Virus record (IMG/VR): IMGVR_UViG_3300027845_000190
Span: 1-27,167 of that record
Reading direction: 5' to 3' (one strand)
Length of the DNA: 27,167 nucleotides
Source of the DNA: a virus
Lineage: Duplodnaviria > Caudoviricetes
Shown here: positions 17,634 through 24,670 of the stretch, in pieces
How positions within the stretch are numbered: position 1 is the stretch's first letter
Layout: each line of letters begins with the position of its first letter
Position numbers and translations under genes: made by a program
The notes under the pieces: model-generated
Told to the model about the DNA's origin: nothing
Databases searched by the model: none
Seen by the model: the letters and a program-made list of their open reading frames with translations, nothing else

Positions 17634-17775
17634 TGCCGTCGGCTGTCTCGATTGTGGGACAGCTTGGGATGGGGAACTAGAAAAGACCTGCTTCCTGTGC
17701 GGAAAGCAGGCTTTTCCTGGGACTCTGTTTGCCTTCGAGCGGGAATACTTCTCCACCCAAAGGCGTTACCACTAA
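17533..17775 (+). CDS. Possible zinc-ribbon protein overlapping the end of the large virion gene; start uncertain
   Basis: CLDCG-x10-CFLCG; ATG 17533 has GAGGA upstream but lies 101 nt inside the previous gene; the stop overlaps the convergent gene's stop. Confidence 0.45.
   Translation: MGSSHQSGKLRNGRLPVAAPAFLPIHSWGEAAYSAVGCLDCGTAWDGELEKTCFLCGKQAFPGTLFAFEREYFSTQRRYH
17680..17716. terminator. Possible bidirectional terminator at the arm convergence
   Basis: GAAAAG-a-CCTGCT-TCC-tgtgc-GGA-a-AGCAGG-CTTTTC: a bulged stem with an A-run on the left and a T-run on the right. Confidence 0.5.
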
Positions 17776-18047
17776 GCCCTGCGTGACGGTGAGCGGCGCT
17801 TTGGTGCGACCATTGAGCTGCGCTTGCGAGCTGTGGCTGCACGTGCGTTGGGCTGCTTAGCTCCACGCTTTGGGTTTAGTTGCTTGTTACCGGCAATGCG
17901 TGCGCGTGAGCGGACGATGTTGCGGTTGCGGTTGCGGCGTGCGCTGGAGCCTGCGTGGGCTGCGCCCATTCCGGCTGCGCCACCTCGGGGTCGGGATTTA
18001 CCTGCGGCGGCTGCGCCTCCACGGGCTCGGGACTTTCTGGGAGCCAT
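17772..18047 (-). CDS. Protamine-like highly basic protein
   Basis: 91 aa with 20 Arg, 7 Lys and no Asp/Glu; KSR(A/P)RGGAA occurs twice; TAATG-coupled to the upstream gene. Confidence 0.75.
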   Translation of the reverse strand: MAPRKSRARGGAAAAGKSRPRGGAAGMGAAHAGSSARRNRNRNIVRSRARIAGNKQLNPKRGAKQPNARAATARKRSSMVAPKRRSPSRRA

Positions 18048-18241
18048 TACAGCCCTCTTTCTGTCTTGTCTACTGGTTTAACGCTACGCACAATGAGCAC
18101 GACTGCGCCGAGAGAGGCGACAATCTGAGCGACCACAGGCTCTAGTCCTGTGATCTGATCTGCGACCTGTGCGGCAGCGACTGATAGGGCCGTGAGCCAT
18201 GTCACGGCGGACCGGAGTACGGTCTGTACCTTAGTAAGCAT
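18047..18241 (-). CDS. Holin-like small membrane protein
   Basis: 64 aa, two hydrophobic segments, charged tail (VRSVKPVDKTERGL); in the endolysin operon. Confidence 0.6.
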   Translation of the reverse strand: MLTKVQTVLRSAVTWLTALSVAAAQVADQITGLEPVVAQIVASLGAVVLIVRSVKPVDKTERGL

Positions 18242-18245
18242 GTGT

Positions 18246-19007
18246 TTAGGGTACCACGTCGGGCTTTGGGCTGTCTGCTATTGCGAGACGCCCTCGGCAG
18301 TAGGAGCTGCAATCAGTGCAGCGGTAACGTTGATAGCGCATGGTTTGTGTGGTGCGGGTGCCTGACCGTGCGAGGTTGGTGCCGCCACATGACGGACAGC
18401 CGTCCACATCTTCTCCGTAGTTGTTCCTATTTGGATGGTTTGTCATCCAAGGGCGTAGGGCTAGATACACCTTTTCAAGTAGAACTGTGTCTTGCTTGGC
18501 GTACTTGAGCATCTTTTTCCATGCTTCGGGCTTGCCTTGCATGCAGCCCTTCCACAGCTCAAAGCCGCCTGTGGATACCTTGGCTCCTAGCCCGAGGTGC
18601 GCTCCTAGGTCCCCCAGCTTGTTGCTGTTGAACATGAAGTACTTGCGGGCCACCTTCAGTGTGTCGACTGTGTGGTATGGCGATGGGGGTGCCATGTCGT
18701 GTGCAACGAAGCGTGCGTTGCACTTCCTGATGTCGAATTTGTCTCCGTTATGGGCGATGACTATGTCGGCTTCATCGAGAAGCCTGTGGACCTCTGCGAC
18801 TACCATTGAGTCATCTTCAGGGTCTTTTGCGTAATTTTCTGGGAAGTCTGTGAGCCCTACTGTTTTGGCTGGGCTCCCTTCCCACTTGTAGGAAACACAG
18901 AGGACGTACCACTCTCGTTCGTGGGCGATTACATTCTGATCGTAGTGTCCCCAAACGTAGGCTAGGTTTGGTGCGGTTTCAATGTCGAAGAATAGAACTC
19001 TGGGCAT
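18246..19007 (-). CDS. DnaQ/RNase H-like 3'-5' exonuclease with a C-terminal zinc ribbon
   Basis: Exo I FFDIET, Exo II AHNGDKFD, DTLK, Exo III YAKQD; CPSC...CTDC; GAGGAG SD. Confidence 0.88.
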   Translation of the reverse strand: MPRVLFFDIETAPNLAYVWGHYDQNVIAHEREWYVLCVSYKWEGSPAKTVGLTDFPENYAKDPEDDSMVVAEVHRLLDEADIVIAHNGDKFDIRKCNARFVAHDMAPPSPYHTVDTLKVARKYFMFNSNKLGDLGAHLGLGAKVSTGGFELWKGCMQGKPEAWKKMLKYAKQDTVLLEKVYLALRPWMTNHPNRNNYGEDVDGCPSCGGTNLARSGTRTTQTMRYQRYRCTDCSSYCRGRLAIADSPKPDVVP

Positions 19008-19018
19008 GTTGGTACTCC

Positions 19019-19159
19019 TCAGTTACATGCGTCGCATTCGGAAGGGTTTTCCAAGCTGTCATCCTCCTCCCATTCAAAGTCGTAGTCCTCTTCGGAGAAG
19101 ATGTCGTTGTCTAGTGCGGCGAGCAGTTCGTCTCCACTAAGTCTTTCCTCGTAGCTCAT
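19019..19159 (-). CDS. Very acidic 46-aa peptide ending in LENPSECDACN
   Basis: Not in the ORF track: MSYEERLSGDELLAALDNDIFSEEDYDFEWEEDDSLENPSECDACN. AAGG upstream; it fills the gap exactly and its TGA overlaps the next gene's SD. Confidence 0.7.
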   Translation of the reverse strand: MSYEERLSGDELLAALDNDIFSEEDYDFEWEEDDSLENPSECDACN

Positions 19160-19403
19160 CTCTAAGCCTTTCGATCTCTTCTTTGAGACTTTCTATTGTC
19201 TCGTCTTGAACGTCGCTCCGTTGCTTGTAGGCTTTGCGGAGTATGAAGAGCGCAGCTACCGCTGCGCCTCCGACACCAGCGTACTGCATCAGCTCGCCCA
19301 GCACACCACCGATCTGTGATCCGGTTTGTGCGAAGATGGCTGCTCCTATTGTCCATGTAGCTTCTGTCAGGTGCTCGGATGAGCCAACCGCACCATATGC
19401 CAT
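19137..19403 (-). CDS. Membrane protein with a C-terminal coiled coil (lysis accessory)
   Basis: Hydrophobic segment AGVGGAAVAALFIL followed by the heptad ETIESLKEEIERLRDEL; in the lysis block. Confidence 0.65.
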   Translation of the reverse strand: MAYGAVGSSEHLTEATWTIGAAIFAQTGSQIGGVLGELMQYAGVGGAAVAALFILRKAYKQRSDVQDETIESLKEEIERLRDELRGKT

Positions 19404-19723
19404 CTCAACACCAGTACAGCGAGAACGACTCGCTCCATTATGGCCCCGGTAAGCGCCCAGGAGCCACGGTCGAATGCCAGCTCAAGGAACCCACCAGCTC
19501 GGCCCATGAATATGAAAACCCCAAGGATTCCTGCATAGACGTGAAGTATGCTGCCGTCACTTGGTTTTACTACAAAATAGGCCATAAGCCCTGCGTATAG
19601 CAATGCTAACCCGGCTGCTGGCCTTCCTGACACGACGCCTAGATTCAGCTGTACGTTAGAGAAAATTACGACTGATATCAGGGTCAGTGATATTAGAGAG
19701 GCGAATAGCCGGGACCAATTCAT
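19367..19723 (-). CDS. Four-TM membrane protein (holin candidate)
   Basis: 118 aa with about four hydrophobic segments; ATGA-coupled to the endolysin. Confidence 0.7.
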   Translation of the reverse strand: MNWSRLFASLISLTLISVVIFSNVQLNLGVVSGRPAAGLALLYAGLMAYFVVKPSDGSILHVYAGILGVFIFMGRAGGFLELAFDRGSWALTGAIMERVVLAVLVLRWHMVRLAHPST

Positions 19724-20481
19724 TGTGTTACTACAACCCTTCCAGAGTACACATCGTCTCCGAAATTGTAAATGGAGCCATCGCTGGCAACAAGTGTATA
19801 GCCTTGACTGTTGCCGGTGGCTGCGGTAATGGTCGCTCCTGGGTTGAGCTGCCCGTAGGCGCTGCCCAGAAACAGGAATGCACCGAAGGTGAACACACCG
19901 CCGTCTGCTGTGACAATGGCGTACCCATCGGTTTCGGAGAGCGCAGCCACAGGAGGTGTTGAGGATTCGGGGTAGATGCTGATCGGTGCTTCTGTCACGT
20001 CTGTGATGTCCTTCTCTAGAGTCATAAGCTGTGCGGTCAAGGCATTACCGGGGCAGACTGTTCCGCCGCGGGCGCTGTGCCATGTCAAAGCCCCGCCGCC
20101 ACCTTCCTCTACCAAAGTTGCACGAATGCGGTGAAGTGCATTTAGTTGCAAAGGAGAGGCGGGTCTGTCGTTGTACCCGCCCAAGAATAGTACGGTAAGC
20201 CAATATCTGTCTGAGTTCTTTACGTCAGCGCCTCGGCATTCCCACACCTTCCCATTTTCATCTATTGCTAGCTGGTACCATATGTCGCGGTACCCACGCC
20301 CGTTGATGTGGTAGTTGCGAATGACCGGGAGGGTATCGCCGGTTCGTGGGTATGAGTCCTCTACGCCTCCGTGGTGGACCTCAACACCGTCCCACTGGCC
20401 CATTGTGACCTCGGGAATCCAGCGGTGGCCGGTTGACCACTGCTCCCTGGTAAAGTCAATTGCGTTCAGCATTGCAACCAT
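19720..20481 (-). CDS. Endolysin: N-acetylmuramoyl-L-alanine amidase (Amidase_2/PGRP-like) with C-terminal repeats
   Basis: VEVHH, 'IRNYHINGRGYRDIWY..IDENGKVWECRG', WH..GTVCPG zinc-amidase motifs; two C-terminal GY..V..DG....FG repeats. Confidence 0.88.
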   Translation of the reverse strand: MVAMLNAIDFTREQWSTGHRWIPEVTMGQWDGVEVHHGGVEDSYPRTGDTLPVIRNYHINGRGYRDIWYQLAIDENGKVWECRGADVKNSDRYWLTVLFLGGYNDRPASPLQLNALHRIRATLVEEGGGGALTWHSARGGTVCPGNALTAQLMTLEKDITDVTEAPISIYPESSTPPVAALSETDGYAIVTADGGVFTFGAFLFLGSAYGQLNPGATITAATGNSQGYTLVASDGSIYNFGDDVYSGRVVVTQ

Positions 20482-20487
20482 AGTGTA

Positions 20488-20516
20488 ATCCTAGTCTAAA
20501 GCGTCAGATTTGAGAA
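20488..20516 (-). promoter_or_regulatory. Possible leaderless promoter for the lysis block
   Basis: On the - strand: TTCTCA, 17 nt, TAGGAT, 6 nt, then ATG 20481; the -10 overlaps the primase stop codon. Confidence 0.45.
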
Positions 20517-22866
20517 GCATTGTTCTGATTCGGATTCCTCCGTAAAGGACCCTTGAGTGTTCAGCACCGAGATGTGTTTCAAGGTAGCGTCTCACAGCAC
20601 GTTCTCCACCCGGCATTGTGAAATCTCCGTGCTTTGTAGCGTAATTGACAAAGTCCCTCACACGCACGTGGGTGCCCTCAGGGCGGTTCATGAAGCAGTC
20701 AGCGTCACGTTGTTCCTTGACCCACTCCATTGCTTCTGTGATCGGGTTGGTGTTTGAGTCCTCTACCCATGCACGGATGATGCCGCTGTAGTCTGGCGTG
20801 CCCATGTCGAACGGGGCTCTGGACTGCAACAAATCCCACCCGATTTGTAACAACCCGAGATTATATCTAATTCTATCTGGAAGGTCTATGTCGTACGGTA
20901 TTGGTGTCAAAGAGACAGTATTCTCCGTACGCAGATACTCCAGCCAATCGTAGGCGAAACCAGGCGGCATGGCGTTGATAGCTGCCAGGGCATCCCCGTT
21001 CTTGTCGTTGGGAGACAGCCACACAGGAACACTTCTGTCGATATGGCTAGTTTCAGTGAACGCATCTTCGCCTGACACAATCAGCGGGGCAGTGGCTTGA
21101 AACTCAGTCAACTGAGCCCAATTCTCCTTAGCTCCACCTTTCATGGAGTTAGCCCCGTTGTAAGCATCTCTGATGAGCTGATCAACGGCACGCTTGGCGT
21201 TCTGGCTTGACCCTGGGCGGTACTCATCGAACCACACAGGGAACGCATTGGAAGCGCCTGCGAGGGTGAGTGCAGCGTACTCGGTGGTGCTCAGCATGTT
21301 GGTGTTGATAAGCGACCCGGAGAACTTCTTTAGAATCGTCTCCACCAGCGTCGTCTTTCCGGTACCCGACCCTCCCATGACGGTGAGAGTCGGAAACGCT
21401 GAAAACAGCGAACGCAGAGGAGCAACGGCGAACCAGGACAGGATAGGGTCCATGATGTCAGTACCCCGGAGCGACCGCATGACACGCAACGTATCGGCAA
21501 AGTCACATTCTCCTCTGTGAATGAAAAACTTGTCCTCGGTAAGCGAGACGCCCGTTCCAGGGATGTAGTGCCAATCGTCGGGACCCACAACTCCTCCCGG
21601 CCAGATGAAATGGCTGGAGTGTAAACCAGCCACCTCTGAGAAGTGTCCAATCGGTAGGAACGGCGTCTCCGAGTGGAGCCACGCTTGAATATTTCTAACA
21701 TCTTCTGTCCTTCCGTTCCACGTGACGTTGTTACGTACGGCCCATTTGCCGAATGTTGTGTCTGTGTGGAGATCGTGAGGTGCGAGCGGAACGACTTTCC
21801 CGCTTGCAGGGATTCGTACTTTCCATGTGGTTCCCTCTGATCCACGGAATGCCCGTTCTGGGCGAAGCCCGAACGTGGAGATTGGGCGCCTGTCACCGTT
21901 TGCGTTGACACGGTAGATGGCGTTCTCTTCAACGTCCAAGTTAGGGAGTACGGATAGAACTGGGATTGCGTTGTTGACAACAGACGCAATGTCCTCTAGT
22001 TCTGCTAGGTCGTAGTCCTCGGGGATTGGCGCAATCATGACGCTGTTTGCGTGTGGTTGCAGTGCGTCGAACCAAGTTCGGAGTGCGATGCGTCCTGCGT
22101 CATCGCCGTCAAATGCAAGAATTACATCACGTTCGGCTAGGGTGGACGCTTGCGATGGATTCGTCCCCGTGCCCGTTGAAAGACCAAGTACGGTGAATTC
22201 AGGTAGGGCGTACGTTGCCGCCCATACGTCAGACTCACCTTCACAGATAAGGACAGGTTTTTCTCCGTCATCTAGCCATTCAGCATATAGCATGCCGTTG
22301 AAGGATGCCCCTTCGGCTGCGATGTTCTTGGAGCCTGGCATCCTCGTCTTGTAGGCGACGAGGCTGTTGTCTCGATCGAAGTACGGGATTACGGTCTGTG
22401 ACCCGCTTGTGGCGAGTCTGAAGTCCACCCTGATCTGTTCAGGGTCGGTGGATGCGAGCCCTGGTTTGGTTTCGCTGAGATCACGGTGTAGGTCATTCCA
22501 GGCCGCCCCGGTCCCGAGTCCACTTGTGACAAGGTTCTCTGCGAAGGATGCGTTGTATTCCTTCTTTGGTCCGGTGCGTGGGCCATCCCACCCGGACCGT
22601 ATCTGCTCTTCGAGGTATTCCCCGGCACGGTCCTTGACCTCAATGAAGGAGAGGTTTGGGTGAATGTTAGACACAAGGTCCAACACATCTCCGCTACGCC
22701 CGCAGGGGAAGCACCCCCACCGTTCGAGGTTCTCCCCAAATACGTCTAAGGATGGGGATTCGTCATCGTGGAATGGGCAGAGGCATGGGTTGCCTTCATG
22801 CCCTATGCGCTCCAAGATGAAAAGTATTGAGAGTTCTTTTTTGAGTTCGGCGACTTCGTAGATCAT
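20491..22866 (-). CDS. DNA primase-helicase (CHC2 zinc finger + TOPRIM + P-loop helicase)
   Basis: CPFHDD..PS..WGCFPC; ICEGESD and AFDGDDAG; Walker A GGSGTGKTT, Walker B WFDEYR. Start moved from 22917 to ATG 22866 (ATGA overlap with the upstream stop). Confidence 0.88.
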   Translation of the reverse strand: MIYEVAELKKELSILFILERIGHEGNPCLCPFHDDESPSLDVFGENLERWGCFPCGRSGDVLDLVSNIHPNLSFIEVKDRAGEYLEEQIRSGWDGPRTGPKKEYNASFAENLVTSGLGTGAAWNDLHRDLSETKPGLASTDPEQIRVDFRLATSGSQTVIPYFDRDNSLVAYKTRMPGSKNIAAEGASFNGMLYAEWLDDGEKPVLICEGESDVWAATYALPEFTVLGLSTGTGTNPSQASTLAERDVILAFDGDDAGRIALRTWFDALQPHANSVMIAPIPEDYDLAELEDIASVVNNAIPVLSVLPNLDVEENAIYRVNANGDRRPISTFGLRPERAFRGSEGTTWKVRIPASGKVVPLAPHDLHTDTTFGKWAVRNNVTWNGRTEDVRNIQAWLHSETPFLPIGHFSEVAGLHSSHFIWPGGVVGPDDWHYIPGTGVSLTEDKFFIHRGECDFADTLRVMRSLRGTDIMDPILSWFAVAPLRSLFSAFPTLTVMGGSGTGKTTLVETILKKFSGSLINTNMLSTTEYAALTLAGASNAFPVWFDEYRPGSSQNAKRAVDQLIRDAYNGANSMKGGAKENWAQLTEFQATAPLIVSGEDAFTETSHIDRSVPVWLSPNDKNGDALAAINAMPPGFAYDWLEYLRTENTVSLTPIPYDIDLPDRIRYNLGLLQIGWDLLQSRAPFDMGTPDYSGIIRAWVEDSNTNPITEAMEWVKEQRDADCFMNRPEGTHVRVRDFVNYATKHGDFTMPGGERAVRRYLETHLGAEHSRVLYGGIRIRTMLLKSDALD

Positions 22867-23069
22867 TCGCTGAAAACCTTCTTCCAAACGAACAAACCGG
22901 GGATGAAGAGTGGCCAAAACAATGCACTGATGAATCCCAGTAGAATTAGAACAATTTTATCTTCGTTATCCCGGATTCTTCCGTATTGTGTTTCATATTT
23001 GACCATTTCACGTGTGAATACGATCCACATCGGCATAAACATTATTAGATATATAAATAGAACGATCAT
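22863..23069 (-). CDS. Small two-TM membrane protein
   Basis: ATG 23069 follows GAGAGGAG; two hydrophobic segments and 'ALFWPLFIP'; AT-rich. Confidence 0.7.
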   Translation of the reverse strand: MIVLFIYLIMFMPMWIVFTREMVKYETQYGRIRDNEDKIVLILLGFISALFWPLFIPGLFVWKKVFSE

Positions 23070-23089
23070 GATGCTCCTCTCGTAGAACA

Positions 23090-23129
23090 TCGGAGGCCGG
23101 GGGGTTCATCACGTCCCCCGGCCCTCCGA
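23090..23129 (-). terminator. GC-rich hairpin downstream of the SSB gene (terminator or mRNA-stabilising stem)
   Basis: TCGGAG-GCCGGGGG ... CCCCCGGC-c-CTCCGA inverted repeat; weak U-tail. Confidence 0.6.
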
Positions 23130-23141
23130 CGGAACTGGTTG

Positions 23142-23645
23142 TTACCAGCTCTTGGGTGCCGGGGGCGGAATCGCCTCCGGGCTTTCAGCCTGGACAGGAG
23201 AAGGAGCGGACTCCTGGGCTGAAAGGACATCGGCTTCGCCTGTGGCGGCGCCGAGAATGGTTACACGGTTGTATTGTGGGTTGTTCGCCTGTGGTTCAAT
23301 GCGGATTCGGTACGTGTCCGTGTCCTTGGCCGCATCAATGTATGACGCAATGTCGTGTGATGTCACGTCAGGGTTGTTCTGCATGAACTCCTTAGTGAAC
23401 CCCATCTTGGTAATGAAGTTGAACCAGTGAAACAGTGTCTTGGGATTGCTAGGCATGTAGCCCTGGCCCTCAAGGACGGTACCGGCTCCTGACAGGGCTT
23501 CCCATGTCACTAGGACCCTGGAGTCACCTTCGACCTTGCCTGGCTTCACCATCGTTCGCTTGACCTTTACGTCAAACTCACCGTGTGGCAAATCTTCATT
23601 GATATCTGTATTGGCGAAGTGCTCCGCCATGCTCATGCTAGCCAT
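23142..23645 (-). CDS. Probable single-stranded DNA-binding protein (DUF669-like)
   Basis: 'LPHGEFDVKV' N-terminus, beta-rich core, disordered acidic/Pro tail ending in an aromatic residue (PPPAPKSW); near the Sak4-like gene; GAGGAGG SD. Confidence 0.65.
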   Translation of the reverse strand: MASMSMAEHFANTDINEDLPHGEFDVKVKRTMVKPGKVEGDSRVLVTWEALSGAGTVLEGQGYMPSNPKTLFHWFNFITKMGFTKEFMQNNPDVTSHDIASYIDAAKDTDTYRIRIEPQANNPQYNRVTILGAATGEADVLSAQESAPSPVQAESPEAIPPPAPKSW

Positions 23646-23931
23646 TGCTGTTTGCCTCCTCAGGCATGTGTAGTTCTGGATAAATTTCCTGTAGGTCCTC
23701 GATCATTTCGAGAATCTGTGCTGGATGTGTGAACACCATATCAGTTTTCTTGTCGGTTGCTCTGTCCTCTATGTCTCCTAGATTCGACCATCTTACTCGC
23801 AGTCCGCCAAGCATGGCTTCTGCGTCCTCTGTGGCCATAGGGATAGTTCCTACGTCCACGGCTACGATCCACACGGCATCTGTGATGTCCGCATTGTCAT
23901 CTGGAAGCCTTGGGGCTGGTTTACGCTTCAT
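23638..23931 (-). CDS. Hypothetical protein
   Basis: 97 aa, overlapping its neighbours at both ends as in a coupled operon. Confidence 0.65.
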   Translation of the reverse strand: MKRKPAPRLPDDNADITDAVWIVAVDVGTIPMATEDAEAMLGGLRVRWSNLGDIEDRATDKKTDMVFTHPAQILEMIEDLQEIYPELHMPEEANSNG

Positions 23932-24670
23932 TCAGCACGTCCATCACTTCATTGATTGTCGGGTTGTCAATGAACTCCCCGTACTTCTCTGTCAACACGT
24001 GGGTGCGGTCCTTGGCCACCCAGCCCGGTCCTTTCACAATGCGGGCTCTCCTCATCATATTCCCTGATTTCAAGTCCATCTCGTTTTGCATGAACATTAC
24101 GAGATCGAAATACCCTGCGATCCTGCGGCTGATGCCACCCTGTAGCTGTGGCTGCCAATGACCGTCTACGAACTCGCTGCCAGCGATGAACAGCACAGCA
24201 TCCAATGGGTTTGTTGGGTGATCTGTGAGGTTCCTGAACTGGCGGCACAGCTCAATGATCTGATCGAGTAGCTTACCCCAGGATCGCATGTCTGTGACAT
24301 CTTTCTCCTGGGTCTGCCCCGATGTGATCTTGTATCTGCAAGTCAACTGGATGTCTGTAAGGCTATCTAGAATGACGCTGCGGAACGGGTGTTGCCCTGA
24401 TTCGAGCCACTTGAAAGCCTGCTCTAGCTCGGGCATGCTCCTGATTCGCACAAACACACTGGCGTTTGGGTCTAGGTCCGAGGGCGGTTCGTCCTTCATT
24501 GGGTTCCACTCAACGGCAGGAGGGCGAACCGTTGTGCCGTCTGGCTGGGATTGCCGTGCGAAGTGCGAACCGCCCTCAGCGTCGAGGACAAGCCGTGGGC
24601 CGGGGCAGGAGGCTCCTAGCCAACTCTTCCCCGTACCGGCGTCCCCGTGAACTAGTGCTTTAAGCCTCAT
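23921..24670 (-). CDS. Sak4-like AAA ATPase (ssDNA annealing/recombination)
   Basis: Walker A HGDAGTGKS, 'VLDAEGG', Walker B VILDSLT, 'AKDRT'; between the exonuclease and SSB. Confidence 0.8.
   Translation of the reverse strand: MRLKALVHGDAGTGKSWLGASCPGPRLVLDAEGGSHFARQSQPDGTTVRPPAVEWNPMKDEPPSDLDPNASVFVRIRSMPELEQAFKWLESGQHPFRSVILDSLTDIQLTCRYKITSGQTQEKDVTDMRSWGKLLDQIIELCRQFRNLTDHPTNPLDAVLFIAGSEFVDGHWQPQLQGGISRRIAGYFDLVMFMQNEMDLKSGNMMRRARIVKGPGWVAKDRTHVLTEKYGEFIDNPTINEVMDVLNEA

Noticed and set aside
17918-17940. Short (GTTGCG)n tandem repeat
   Set aside because: It encodes the RNRNRN run of the basic protein and is not an independent element.
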